Source: Opitutia bacterium
Lineage (GTDB): Bacteria; Verrucomicrobiota; Verrucomicrobiia; Opitutales; UBA953
Direction of reading: 5' to 3'
Assembly: GCA_003569165.1 (NCBI GenBank)
Contig: BGOI01000005.1
Coordinates: forward strand, 9,560 to 73,559
DNA length: 64,000 nucleotides
In this document: positions 48,471-58,300 of the stretch, one piece after another
How positions within the stretch are numbered: position 1 is the stretch's first letter
How the letters are laid out: every line of letters begins with the position of its first letter
Notes under the pieces: model-generated
Database searches by the model: none
The model's input: only the letters and a program-made list of their open reading frames with translations
Told to the model about the DNA's origin: nothing
Position numbers and translations under genes: made by a program

Positions 48471-49408
48471 CGGCTGATGGCTCCAGTGCAGAGGTGAAGG
48501 ACGGCCATGCGGACGGCGACGCCGTTCCGGACTTGTTCGAGGATGACCGAGCGGGGGCCGTCGGCGACTTCGCTTTCGACTTCGACGCCGCGGTTGATGG
48601 GGCCCGGGTGCATCACGATTGCCTCGGGCTTAAGCCAGGCGGCGCGTTCGGCGTTGAGTCCGAACTGCGAGGTGTATTCGCCGAGCGAGGGGAAGTGGGT
48701 GGTCGTCTGGCGTTCGTGCTGGATGCGCAGGAGCATCACCGCATCGCAGTCCTTCAGGGCTTCCTTTAGGTCATGGACGATGCGGACCTGCGGGAAGGCT
48801 TCCTTCAGCGAGGCCGGGACAAGCGTCGCGGGACCCGCGAGGGTAACCTGCGCGCCGAGCTTCGAGAGGCATAGGATGTTGGAGCGGGCGACGCGGCTGA
48901 AGAGGATGTCGCCGAGGATCGTGACCTTAAGGCCTTCGACCTTGCCGAAGCGCTGCCGGAGTGTGAAGGCGTCGAGCAGGGCCTGCGTCGGGTGTTCGTG
49001 GGCACCGTCGCCGGCGTTGATCACCGAGATGTCGAGGACTGAGCCTAGATAGCGGGCCGAGCCGGCGGAGGAGTGGCGCATCACGATCGCGTCGACGCCC
49101 ATTGCGCGGATGTTCATCGCCGTGTCGCGGAGGGTCTCGCCCTTCACGAGCGAGGAGGCCGTCGTATTGATCGAGACCACTTCGGCGCCGAGCTTCTTGG
49201 CCGAGATTTCGAAGGCCGTGCGGGTTCGCGTGCTCGGTTCGAGGAAGAGGTTCACCACCGTGCGGCCCTTCATCAGGTCGAGGCCCTTGCCTGGCGCGAG
49301 CGCGGGCAAGAACTGGTCGGCTTGGCGGAAGAGCAGTTCGATCTCGGGGCGGGAAAGCTCCTCGATGCCGGTCAGGTCTTTTTTCGTCCAGGTGTCTTGT
49401 GAGGCCAT
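48467..49408 (-). CDS. pyrB: Aspartate carbamoyltransferase catalytic subunit
   Basis: ATG 49408. LFLEPSTRTR, HEHPTQALLD, MHPGPINRG. Its stop overlaps the pyrC start by 4 nt. The upstream 66 aa of the ORF-track model are translated repeats. Confidence 0.9.
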   Translation of the reverse strand: MASQDTWTKKDLTGIEELSRPEIELLFRQADQFLPALAPGKGLDLMKGRTVVNLFLEPSTRTRTAFEISAKKLGAEVVSINTTASSLVKGETLRDTAMNIRAMGVDAIVMRHSSAGSARYLGSVLDISVINAGDGAHEHPTQALLDAFTLRQRFGKVEGLKVTILGDILFSRVARSNILCLSKLGAQVTLAGPATLVPASLKEAFPQVRIVHDLKEALKDCDAVMLLRIQHERQTTTHFPSLGEYTSQFGLNAERAAWLKPEAIVMHPGPINRGVEVESEVADGPRSVILEQVRNGVAVRMAVLHLCTGAISR

Positions 49409-49493
49409 GCGGTGAGGTTCCGGTGGCCCTAACGAGGTTAGGACCATTGGGAAAGTGCGGAGGCACGGCCCTTGGTCAAGGATTAGCGTCATG

Positions 49494-49710
49494 CGAGGGC
49501 TCGAGGATAGGAGGACACGAGGGCCGGAGGGCAGGAGGACCCCAGAATATGAGGGCACGAGGGCCTGATTATAAGAGGACCGGAGGGCAGGTTGGCCCGA
49601 GGGCACGAGATAATGCCACAGCGTGACCTCCTATGGCCCCAATCTGTGTAGCTCTCTAACTCATGTCTCCCGCCCTCGTGACCACGAGTCCTCGGGTCAA
49701 CGGGCCCTCC
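49494..49710. repeat. F-type repeat block with inverted arm (pyrB leader / trpA trailer)
   Basis: CGAGGGCTCGAGGATAGGAGGACACGAGGGCCGGAGGGCAGGAGGACC..GAGGGCACGAGGGCC..GAGGACCGGAGGGCAGG..CCCGAGGGCACGAG (49494-49607). Inverted arm CTCCCGCCCTCGTGACCACGAGTCCTCGGG..GGGCCCTCC (49667-49710). Confidence 0.8.
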
Positions 49711-49715
49711 TTGTC

Positions 49716-50507
49716 TTATTTTCCGAGCAACTCCCGGACCTTCGCGCCGATGGCGGCGGCGGCTTCGCCCTTCTTGTCCTTATGGGCGGCGACGACGTTC
49801 ACGAGCGCGCTACCGACGACCACGCCGTCGGCGACCTTGGCGATGGCCTGGACGTGCGCGGCGGTGGAGACGCCGAAGCCGACGCAGATCGGAAGAGAAG
49901 TGTGCTTACGGATCTCGGCGACAGCGGACGAAAGATTGGCGGCCAGTTCGGAGCGCTCGCCGGTCACGCCTTCGCGGGAGACGTAGTAGATGAAGCCGGA
50001 GGCGTGCTTGGCGATGAGGCCGATGCGCGCGGGCGGGGTGGTCGGGGCCACGATGAAGATATTAGCGAGGCTGTGTTTCTTCGAGGCTGCGATCAGTTCT
50101 TCGGCTTCTTCGGGCGGGCAGTCGAGGACGAGCATGCCGTCGGCACCGGCGGCGCGGACCTTGGCGCAGTAGCTGTCGAGGCCGAAGGAGAAAAGCAGGT
50201 TATAATAGCAATAGAGCACGATCGGCTTGTCGGTGCCGGCGCGCACGGCGCGAAGCACATCGAGCAGGCCGTCGTAGGTCATGCCGCCTTCGAGGGCGCG
50301 CTGGGCCGCGAGCTGGTTCGTGAGGCCATCGGCGAGCGGGTCGGAGAAGGGCACGCCCACTTCGAGGACATCGGCACCGTTCTTCGCCAGGGAAAGAAGG
50401 ATGGCCTTGGACGTCTCGACGTCGGGGTCGCCGGCGCAGACGTAGCTCACGAAGGCCGGGCGGCCTTCGGCTTGGCAGCGGGCGAACGTCTGGGCTAAGC
50501 GATCCAT
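49716..50507 (-). CDS. trpA: Tryptophan synthase alpha chain
   Basis: ATG 50507: MDRLAQTFARCQAEGRPAFVSYVCAGDP, LEVGVPFSDPLADG, GFIYYVSREGVTG. The ORF-track extension to 50750 reads through the tRNA-Leu gene and is rejected. Confidence 0.9.
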   Translation of the reverse strand: MDRLAQTFARCQAEGRPAFVSYVCAGDPDVETSKAILLSLAKNGADVLEVGVPFSDPLADGLTNQLAAQRALEGGMTYDGLLDVLRAVRAGTDKPIVLYCYYNLLFSFGLDSYCAKVRAAGADGMLVLDCPPEEAEELIAASKKHSLANIFIVAPTTPPARIGLIAKHASGFIYYVSREGVTGERSELAANLSSAVAEIRKHTSLPICVGFGVSTAAHVQAIAKVADGVVVGSALVNVVAAHKDKKGEAAAAIGAKVRELLGK

Positions 50508-50611
50508 GTGCGGAAGGAAGCCGGGTTTGGTCCCGAGGGCAAGGCGAAGGCGAATCCCGCCCGCTTTCCCGGGTTGCCAATCGAGGGCACGTCCGCACTT
50601 TGGAGCCGTCG

Positions 50612-50692
50612 GCCCAAGTGGTGGAACGGTATACACATCAGACTTAAAATCTGCCGCCGAAAGGCTTACCGGTTCGAGTCCGGTCTTGGGCA
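50612..50692 (+). tRNA. tRNA-Leu (anticodon TAA)
   Basis: GCCCAAG-TG-GTGGAACGGTATACAC-A-TCAGA-CTTAAAA-TCTGC-long variable arm CGCCGAAAGGCTTA-CCGGTTCGAGTCCGG-TCTTGGGC-A. CCA is not encoded. Confidence 0.85.
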
Positions 50693-50704
50693 CGACAGCA
50701 CGAA

Positions 50705-50731
50705 ACAGGCCGCACGGGTGGTGCGGCCTGT
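50705..50731 (+). terminator. Hairpin terminator after tRNA-Leu
   Basis: ACAGGCCGCAC-GGGTG-GTGCGGCCTGT (11-bp perfect stem) followed by CTTCCCGTTTCC, a weak T-tract. Confidence 0.55.
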
Positions 50732-50994
50732 CTTCCCGTTTCCGGGACAAATAAGTCCAGAGTCCTAGCTACGGGACTCTGGGGTCGGGTACGGAGAGTT
50801 TGAATCCTGATTCCGTTAGTCGCCCTCGCGACTGATGCGTCCTTTATAAGGGAGGCTCTTACCTGAGTGAAATTGACTGAGCGTGTTGTGCTCATCCCTC
50901 AGGGGGTTGTCAACGGATTCGTCGAAAACCCCGATAATATGACAGAAAAGCCGATTGGAGGCCGATAAAAGCCTCTAAAACGGGGTACCGCCGG

Positions 50995-51699
50995 TCAGCG
51001 CTTGAGGCTAAAGGGCGTGAAATCGGTGTCGGTGTCGAACGTATCGACGCCCTCAGCCTGCTTCAGCTTGGCGCAGACGACCGTGGTGACCGGCGTCATC
51101 ACCACCTCGACGAGCACCTTGAAGACCCAGTTGGCGAACATGACGGCGAGGAGTGTCTGCGGGCTCCAGATACCGATGAAGGCGAGCGGGTAGAAGATCA
51201 GGCTGTCGACGCCCTGGCCGACGAAGGTCGAGCCGATGAAGCGGGCCCACGGATGCTTGCCGCCCATGCGCACCTTCATTTTCGCGAGGACGTACGAGTT
51301 GAGGAAGTCGCCGACGAAGAACGCGATGATCGAGCCGAGGGCGATGCGCCAACCGCCGCCGAAACACGTCTCGAGCGCGGGCTGCAGCTGTGCGCTGAAC
51401 GGCTCGTTCGGGCTGGCCGGCATCGCGAGCACGACCCAGGTCATGACCGTCGCGAAGAGCATGGCACCGAAGCCGGCCCAGATCACGCGACGCGCGAGGG
51501 CGTAGCCGTAGACTTCCGTGAGGATGTCACCGAAGATATAGGAGAGCGGGAAGAACAGGTTGCCCGCGCCGAAGTCGGTCTTGCCGAAGAAAGGTAGGTC
51601 GAGCTGCACGACCTTCGCCGGGCCGATCAGGTTCGAGCAGAGCAGCACCGCGACGAACGCGCCGAGGATGAGGTCGTAGTAGCGGAAGCTGCGGGTCAT
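50995..51699 (-). CDS. Queuosine-precursor transporter family protein (YhhQ/DUF165)
   Basis: 234 aa. YDLILGAFVAVLLCSNLIGPAK, FPLSYIFGDILTEVYGY, polytopic. Confidence 0.8.
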   Translation of the reverse strand: MTRSFRYYDLILGAFVAVLLCSNLIGPAKVVQLDLPFFGKTDFGAGNLFFPLSYIFGDILTEVYGYALARRVIWAGFGAMLFATVMTWVVLAMPASPNEPFSAQLQPALETCFGGGWRIALGSIIAFFVGDFLNSYVLAKMKVRMGGKHPWARFIGSTFVGQGVDSLIFYPLAFIGIWSPQTLLAVMFANWVFKVLVEVVMTPVTTVVCAKLKQAEGVDTFDTDTDFTPFSLKR

Positions 51700-51751
51700 C
51701 GTCGCTTAGGGTGAAAGGAATAGGCCCGTTCGCCAGCGGGGGCGCAAAAAA

Positions 51752-52905
51752 TCAGCGGCCGAGGGCGGCCTTCAGGAAGGGCTCAAAGATGTCGGCCTGG
51801 CGATGGAAGCCCAAGTCGCTCGCGTGCGAGCCGTCCGTGGCGCCGTCGCTGTCGTCGCCGTAGAGGTGGTCGCCGGGCACGTAGGACAGGCCTTTGACGC
51901 CTTCCTTCACGAGCTGCTCATAAGCGGCCTTGAGCGCGGCATGGTTATCATCGTGGTGCTTGCGCAGCGAGGCCTTGAGCCAGGCGTCGGTGTTGCGTCG
52001 ATCCTCGACGAGGATGATCGGGGTGTCGGGGCGGGCGGCGCGCAGCTGCTTGACGAGGGGCACGCATTTCTCGGTGACGGCCGCCGCGTTCATGTTCGGG
52101 AGACAGTCGATGACGTAAGCAGCGGCGTCGATACGCGTGAGGAATTCGCCGACAGCCTGGTCCATGCGGCCGTTGCCGGAGAAGCCCAGGTTCACGACCG
52201 GCACGTCGAAGCGGCGACCGAGGATGGCCGTGTGCACCATGCCTGGGCGGCTGGCGCAGGCACCGTGCGTGATCGAGGTACCGTAGAAGACAACGGGCTT
52301 CGCACGCGGCTTGAGGCCGACGAATTTCTTGCCCTCAGGCACGCCGACATTGAGGAACTCGACACCATTGTAGAGCGGGAGGTAGATTGCGTATTCGCGT
52401 TCACCGGCGTCGAGCCCGTCGGCGAGGCGGAGTTTCATCTCCTGCGCACCGGGGCGGACGACCTGGACCCAGCGCCACTTGCCGTCTTTGTCACGGGCGT
52501 AGAGGTCGAGGCCGCTGACGCCAGTGGCGGGCATGTGCGGCATGCCGAGCAGCGGCTTCGTCACCTTGTAATGCGCGTAGATCGTCGTGGCGTCGGTACG
52601 GAAGCGGAACATCTGGCCCGCGCTGTCGCGGCTCAGGCCCAGACCGCAGGCGTGACCTTGCCGTCGGCTTCGGCGGGCAGGCGGTCGAAGTAGCTCTTAC
52701 GCTCCGCGTCGGGGAAGGCGCGGCCTTCGAGGTCGGTCTCACGGACGTCATGCCAGGAGACCTTCTCGTCCGCGGGGATGGCGAAACGGTCGACGGATTT
52801 GGGCGCCGCCTTAGCGGCCGCGGCTTTCGCGGCGGGCTTGGCCTGCTGAGCGAAGCCGGCGGAGCTGGCGCAGAGCAGGGCTACGAGGAGGGCGGTGGTC
52901 TTCAT
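51752..52905 (-). pseudogene. SGNH hydrolase with N-terminal GxDLY domain, frame interrupted by one missing base
   Basis: ORF 52633-52920 (signal peptide MKTTALLVALLCASSAGFA) ends ..KVTPAVWA* but continues as ..VWGLSRDSAGQMFRFRTDA into ORF 51752-52612 (GLDLY, FYGTSITHG, GFSGNGRMD). Break at CCC 52638-52640. 1154+1 nt equals 385 codons. Confidence 0.8.
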
Positions 52906-52916
52906 GGTCTTGGAAA

Positions 52917-53543
52917 TCACAGGGCGCTACCGTGCGTCAGCGCGATGGTGCGGATCGCGGCGAGCGGCTTCTCGTATTCGTCCAGCGCGGCGACGTAGTC
53001 TTCGCGGGCCTTATCCGCGCGCTGGAACGCCGACTCCGTGGAGGACTTGGTCTTGTCGAGGTTCGACTGGGCTTTCGCTTCCATGTCCTCGGCGGAGGCG
53101 AGTGAAGCCGAGGTGATGCGGATCTGTTCCTGGAGGAACTGCAGTTCGCGGATGTCGATATTCGGTTGGGAGCGGAGCAAGGCGAGTTGGGAGCGGAGCG
53201 ATTCGAGACTACGGCGGAGGCGGGTCACGCGGTCTGACTCACGGGTGACGTTGGACTGCGCGCGGTTGACGAGCGTCTCGGCCTTCGCCTTGTCCTCGAG
53301 CGAGCGCTTGTACTCGTCGAAGCGCAGTTTCGTGCGCGGGTAGTTGGCGGCCGACATCAGGCCGACCACGCCTTCCTTCGTGACATAGGAGAGCTGGTAG
53401 CGGCGATTATCGATACGCAGGATATATTTCTCCCCCGGCTGGTCGTAGATGATCGGCAACGTCTGGGGCGCGTCCGGTTCAGCGGCCTGCGCCGGGACTA
53501 TCCCGAGCAGGAGGAAGTAGAGCAGGGCGGGGAGGGCCTTCAC
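52917..53543 (-). CDS. Hypothetical secreted coiled-coil protein
   Basis: 208 aa. Signal peptide MKALPALLYFLLLGIVPAQA. Heptad-like C-terminal two thirds (LRRSLESLRSQLALLRSQ..). No family recognised. Confidence 0.55.
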   Translation of the reverse strand: MKALPALLYFLLLGIVPAQAAEPDAPQTLPIIYDQPGEKYILRIDNRRYQLSYVTKEGVVGLMSAANYPRTKLRFDEYKRSLEDKAKAETLVNRAQSNVTRESDRVTRLRRSLESLRSQLALLRSQPNIDIRELQFLQEQIRITSASLASAEDMEAKAQSNLDKTKSSTESAFQRADKAREDYVAALDEYEKPLAAIRTIALTHGSAL

Positions 53544-53574
53544 GTGTCTGTGATAGCCTGCGTCGCGGGGGCAG

Positions 53575-54186
53575 TCAAACCGCCTTCTGCAGGCGGCGCC
53601 CGGCGACGTGTTGCGTAATCAGCTGGCGAACTTCGGCGCGGACCGTCCCGCCATTTTCATCGGCTAGCCACAATTTGAGTAAGCCGGCGTAGAAGCACAG
53701 AGTCTCGCGGGCGGCTAAGGCCGGGTCGAGATTGGCGGATACCAGTTTCATCCGGACGGCTTCCCCGTAGAATTCCGTCACTTCGGTCAGGAAGAGCGAG
53801 CTGGCCGACATCAGGTCCTGGCGCACGCTGGCGAAGGCGCCGACGTATTCGCATTTCCAGAGCATGACCTCGTAGGTCTCTAGCGCCTGCCGGTCGGTGC
53901 GCAGGCGATCAAGGGCCGCCTGCAGGCCGGCCTCGAGTCGCTCCAACGCGTCCCCCGTCCGAAAGTCGTCGAACCGCAGGAGCGTTCCCGTCTGTTGTCG
54001 CACCGCCATGAAGAGGTCGGCCTTGTCACGGAAGTGCCAGTAGACCGCGCCGCGGGTGACGCCGGCCTCCTTGGCGACCGTTTCCAAGGACGTGTTCGTG
54101 ACCCCCTCGCGGCTGAAAACCTGCCGGGCGCAGGTAACGATTCGGTCACGGGTAAGGGCGGCTTCTGCTTTGGTCTTGCGAGCCAT
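53575..54186 (-). CDS. TetR/AcrR family transcriptional repressor
   Basis: 203 aa. HTH TSLETVAKEAGVTRGAVYWHFRDK. Divergent from the RND operon. Confidence 0.88.
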   Translation of the reverse strand: MARKTKAEAALTRDRIVTCARQVFSREGVTNTSLETVAKEAGVTRGAVYWHFRDKADLFMAVRQQTGTLLRFDDFRTGDALERLEAGLQAALDRLRTDRQALETYEVMLWKCEYVGAFASVRQDLMSASSLFLTEVTEFYGEAVRMKLVSANLDPALAARETLCFYAGLLKLWLADENGGTVRAEVRQLITQHVAGRRLQKAV

Positions 54187-54200
54187 GGTCGGGCAAATAG

Positions 54201-54226
54201 ATTTACATACATGTCTGTATGTAAAT
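54201..54226. promoter_or_regulatory. Putative TetR operator: perfect 11-bp inverted repeat overlapping the efflux-operon start codon
   Basis: ATTTACATACA-TGTC-TGTATGTAAAT. Lies between the tetR start (54186) and covers the adaptor-subunit ATG (54211). It is the most AT-rich spot of the intergenic region. Confidence 0.65.
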
Positions 54227-55332
54227 CTCGCCCTGTCGAGGGTCTTCTCTGTGCGGTCTTGGCGCTCGGCCTGTTCGGTTGTCGCCAGGAGTCGGCCATG
54301 CCGCCTTCCGGGCCATTGCCGGTGGCGGTCCTAACGGTGACTTTGGCGGACCTCGCGCAGACGGCGATTGCGCCGGCGCAGACCGAAGGGGTGCGCGAGG
54401 TGGAAGTGCGTGCCCGCGTGACGGGTATCTTGCAGACGGTCAATTACGCCGAGGGCGCCCAGGTGAAAGCCGGCGACCTTCTTTTCCGGATCGATCCGTC
54501 GACTTATGTCGCCGCCCATGCGTTGGCCGTGGCACAACTCGCCCAAGAGACTGCGCGGGCGCAGCAGGCGACCGATGAGGCCGTTCGTCAGGCCGAGCTT
54601 TTCCGCCAGAAGGCCGCGAGTCGTAAGGAAGCCGATGACGCAAAGGCCTTGGCCGACGCCGCAAAGGGGGCACGCGATGCCGCCGCCGCGAAGGCCAGCC
54701 TCGCTAAACTCGACCTTGATTACTGTGAAGTTCGCTCGCCCGTCGCTGGCATCGCGGGTCGTCGCCTGCTTACTGAAGGCACTTTGGTCACTCCGACCGG
54801 ACCCGACGGCCTGCTCACCACGATTGTGAACGCGGATGAAGTTTGGGCGCGCTTCGGCCTTTCCGAAGATGATTTCCATCGCCTCTTCGCCACTGGAGCC
54901 AAGTCCGCCCAAGGCGCCGAGGTCACGCTTCTGCTGCCTAACGGCACCGCTTACCCGGTGCTCGGCAAGATCGACTTCGCCTCACCTCAGGTCGACACCC
55001 GACTGGGGACGGTGCAGCTCCGCGCCCGTTTCGCCAACGCCGACGGCGGTTTGCTCGCGGGCCAGTTTGTCCGCGTTCGCGTGACCGGTGGTAAGGCCAA
55101 GGACGCCACCCTCGTGCCGCAGCTTGCGCTCGTCCAAGCACCGTCGGGACGTTCGGTCTTCGTCGTCGGTGCGGGTGATCGCGCCGAGGCTCGTCCGGTT
55201 ACCTTGGGTGAGGCCCTGGGTTCGAACATCGTCATCCTCACTGGCTTGCGTCCCGGCGACCGCGTCATCCTCAACCAGCTGCACAAGCTGCGCCCGGGCT
55301 CCCCGGTCGTCGTCGCTCCGGCCAAGAAGTAA
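54211..55332 (+). CDS. RND efflux periplasmic adaptor subunit (lipoprotein)
   Basis: ATG 54211. Lipobox LGLFGC. RVTGIL / biotinyl-lipoyl-like and beta-barrel segments. Immediately upstream of the RND pump. Confidence 0.85.
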   Translation: MSVCKSRPVEGLLCAVLALGLFGCRQESAMPPSGPLPVAVLTVTLADLAQTAIAPAQTEGVREVEVRARVTGILQTVNYAEGAQVKAGDLLFRIDPSTYVAAHALAVAQLAQETARAQQATDEAVRQAELFRQKAASRKEADDAKALADAAKGARDAAAAKASLAKLDLDYCEVRSPVAGIAGRRLLTEGTLVTPTGPDGLLTTIVNADEVWARFGLSEDDFHRLFATGAKSAQGAEVTLLLPNGTAYPVLGKIDFASPQVDTRLGTVQLRARFANADGGLLAGQFVRVRVTGGKAKDATLVPQLALVQAPSGRSVFVVGAGDRAEARPVTLGEALGSNIVILTGLRPGDRVILNQLHKLRPGSPVVVAPAKK

Positions 55333-58300
55333 ATGGGCTGGGACTTTTTCATCAAGCGGCCGATTTTCTCGGCCGTCCTCTCGCTCATCATCGTCTTGGT
55401 CGGCGGCCTGGCGTTGCAGAACCTACCGTTGTCGCAGTATCCGCAGATCGCGCCGCCCACCGTGACGGTCGTGGCGAGCTACCCGGGCGCCTCGCCGGAG
55501 TCGCTCGTCAATAATGTCGCCGCGCCCCTTGAGGAGCAGATCAACGGCGTCGAAGGCCTCCTTTATTATTCGTCCAACTCGTCCTCCAGCGGCGCGCTTA
55601 GCATTACCGTCACCTTCGAGAACGGCGTCGACCCGGACATGGCGACCATCCTTGTGGCTAATCGCGTCAAGCTTGCTGAGCCACGCCTGCCGGAGGAGGT
55701 TCGCCGTCTCGGTGTGATTACCAAGAAACGTTCGAACGACATCCTCATGTCGGTTTCGATTGTTTCACCTAAGGCCAGTCGCGACTCCGTCTTCCTGAGC
55801 AATTTCGCCTCCTCGGTGGTCGTCGAGGAGCTCAAGCGCCTCCCCGGCGTCGGCGACGCCGGCGTCTTCGGCTCCCGCGACTACGCGATGCGTGTCTGGC
55901 TAAGGCCGGACCGCATGGCTGCGCTCGGTGTCACTTCCGCTGAGGTCGTCCGTGCAATCCGTGCCACGAACACTCAGTACGCCGTCGGCCGCCTCGGCCA
56001 GGAGCCGTCGGTGGACGCCGCCTTCGTGGTGCCCGTCGTGGCCCGCGGGCGCCTGTCGACCCCCGAGCAGTTTGGCGACATCGTGCTGCGCTCCAGCTCC
56101 GCCGACGGTGTCCTCCGCCTCAAGGACGTCGCCCGCGTGGAACTCGGTTCCCAGAGTTACGAGCAGCTCAGCATGCTGGATGGCAAGCCTGTCGCCGGTA
56201 TCCGCGTCTTCCTGCAGACGGGCTCGAACGCCCTCGAGACCGCCGACCGCATCCGCGCGCGGATGGATGAGCTGACCAAGCAGTTCCCGCCGGACGTCGA
56301 GTACAGCATCCCGTTCGACACCACTCGCTTTGTGCGTTCCGCCATCGGCGAGGTGCGCAACACGCTCGTTGAAGCCGCCTTCCTCGTCGCACTCGTCGTC
56401 TTCCTCTTCCTCGGTTCGTGGCGGGCCACGCTCATCCCCATGATCGCGGTGCCCGTCTCGCTCATCGGCGCCTGCGCCGGGCTTTGGATCATGGGCTACG
56501 GCATCAACATCCTGACCCTCTTTGCGATGGTCATCGCGATTGGTATCGTGGTCGACGACGCCATCGTCGTGCTTGAGAACACGGAACGGCTCATGCGCGA
56601 GAAGGGGCTCAGTCCGTTCGAGGCCGCCAAGGAATCCGTGCGCGAGGTCGCTGGCGCGATTGTCGCGATCGTCTGCGTACTCGTCTGCGTCTTCCTCCCG
56701 GTCGCCTTCCTCGGCGGCATCGCGGGCGTGCTCTACCGTCAGTTCGCGGTGACCGTTGCCTTTTCCGTCATCCTTTCTGGCTTCGTCGCCCTGACGCTGA
56801 CGCCGACCCTTTGTGCTCTGCTGCTCAAGCCGCATGCGCCCGGCGCACCGACCGGCTGGCTGGCTGGCGTTGTTGCGGGCTTCGGACGCGGCTTTGGCGC
56901 CGTGGCCGGCTGGCATGGTCGCGTGGTCCGCTGGCTACTTGATCACCCGCGTTCGGCGGCGGGTGCCTTCCTGGCGATCGTCATCGCGAACATCGTACTC
57001 GTCGTGAAGATTCCGCGCAGCTTCCTGCCCGCCGAAGACCAAGGCTATCTGCTCGCCATGGTGGCGTTGCCGGACGGCTCCGGCATCAATCGCACCAAGG
57101 CCTTCATGGACGACATCACGCCGAAGTTGCGCGAGAACCCTGCCGTCCGTCACACCTTCGCGATCAGCGGCTTTGACCTCCTCGGCGGCGGCGAGCGCAC
57201 GAACTCCGGCACGATCTTCCTTCCGCTGAAGGATTTCGGTACTCGTCCGCCTGGCGGCGAGGCCCTCGCCCGTCAGCTCAACGCGATTGGGATGACGCAA
57301 CCCGACGGCATGTGCCTCGTGGTAAACCCTCCCGCCATTCGTGGTATCGGTAGCGCCGGCGGCTTTGAATTCTATCTCCAAGCGAAGGATGATGATGACC
57401 CCGCCCGGCTTGCGGCGAATATCGAGAAGCTGGAGGCTGCGCTCCGCGCTCGCCCCGAGCTCACCGGTATCCGCGTCTTCCTGCGGCCCGCCGTACCCCA
57501 GTTCCTCGCCGAGGTTGACGACGTCCGCGCCGCCGCCCTCGGGGTGACGTTGCCTGACCTCCACGAGGCCCTGCAGGCTACCATCGGCGTCGTCTACGCC
57601 AACGACTTCACGTTATCGGGCCGCACCTACCGCGTGCTTGTTCAGTCGGAGGCGGCCGATCGTATGGACGCCGCCGCCGCTGGCCGCGTGCATGTCCGCG
57701 CCGCGAATGGCGCGATGATCCCGCTCTCCAGCTTCGTGAAATTCAAGCCCTCCTCGGGGCCGGAGCAGCTCGAGCGGCACATGGGCTTCCTGTCCGCGCG
57801 ACTCATTTGTGCGGCCGCCCCGGGCGTGAGTTCCAGCCAGGCCATCGCGCTCGTCGAAGAGATTGCGGAGGATATCCTGCCCGTCGGTTACGGCATCGAC
57901 TGGACGGCGCAAGCGTTACAGGAGAAGCGTGCGGCGACCTCCGCCTTGCCGGCATTCCTGCTAGCGCTCCTGATGGTCTTCCTGATTCTTGCGGCCTTGT
58001 ATGAAGACCTTGCGTTGCCTTTAGGTGTGCTGCTCACCGTGCCGTTCGCGCTCCTCGGTGCGCTGCTCGCTGTGATCGTACGCGGGATGCCGAACGATAT
58101 CTACTTCCAGATCGGGCTCGTGACGCTCATCGGTCTCGCGGCCAAGAACGCCATCTTGATCGTCGAGTTTGCCGAGACCGCTCGTCGGGCCGGCCGTTCG
58201 GCGGCCGATGCGGCCATCGAAGCCGCGCGCATGCGCCTGCGGCCGCTCGTCATGACCTCGATGGCCTTCGTGCTCGGCGTTGTTCCGCTTGCCTTCGCCA

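Noticed and set aside
49494-49710. Possible CRISPR array or tandem-repeat locus (also considered for 43273-43456 and 33307-33480)
   Set aside because: The repeats are short degenerate purine-rich words (GAGGGCC/GGAGGAC) with no constant repeat length, no unique spacers of regular size and no cas genes. They belong to the dispersed intergenic module family.
50508-50750. N-terminal extension of trpA (ORF-track start at 50750), and the idea of a genomic island integrated at tRNA-Leu
   Set aside because: The extension is the antisense translation of the tRNA-Leu gene (..VVPKTGLEPVSLSAADFKSDVYTVPPLG..). No integrase, and no direct repeat of the tRNA 3' end, is visible downstream.
51700-51751. preQ1 riboswitch upstream of the yhhQ-like queuosine-precursor transporter
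   Set aside because: The 52-nt leader shows no preQ1-I/II-like hairpin followed by an A-rich tail. It mostly contains what looks like the terminator region of the upstream gene. It cannot be excluded without a covariance-model scan.
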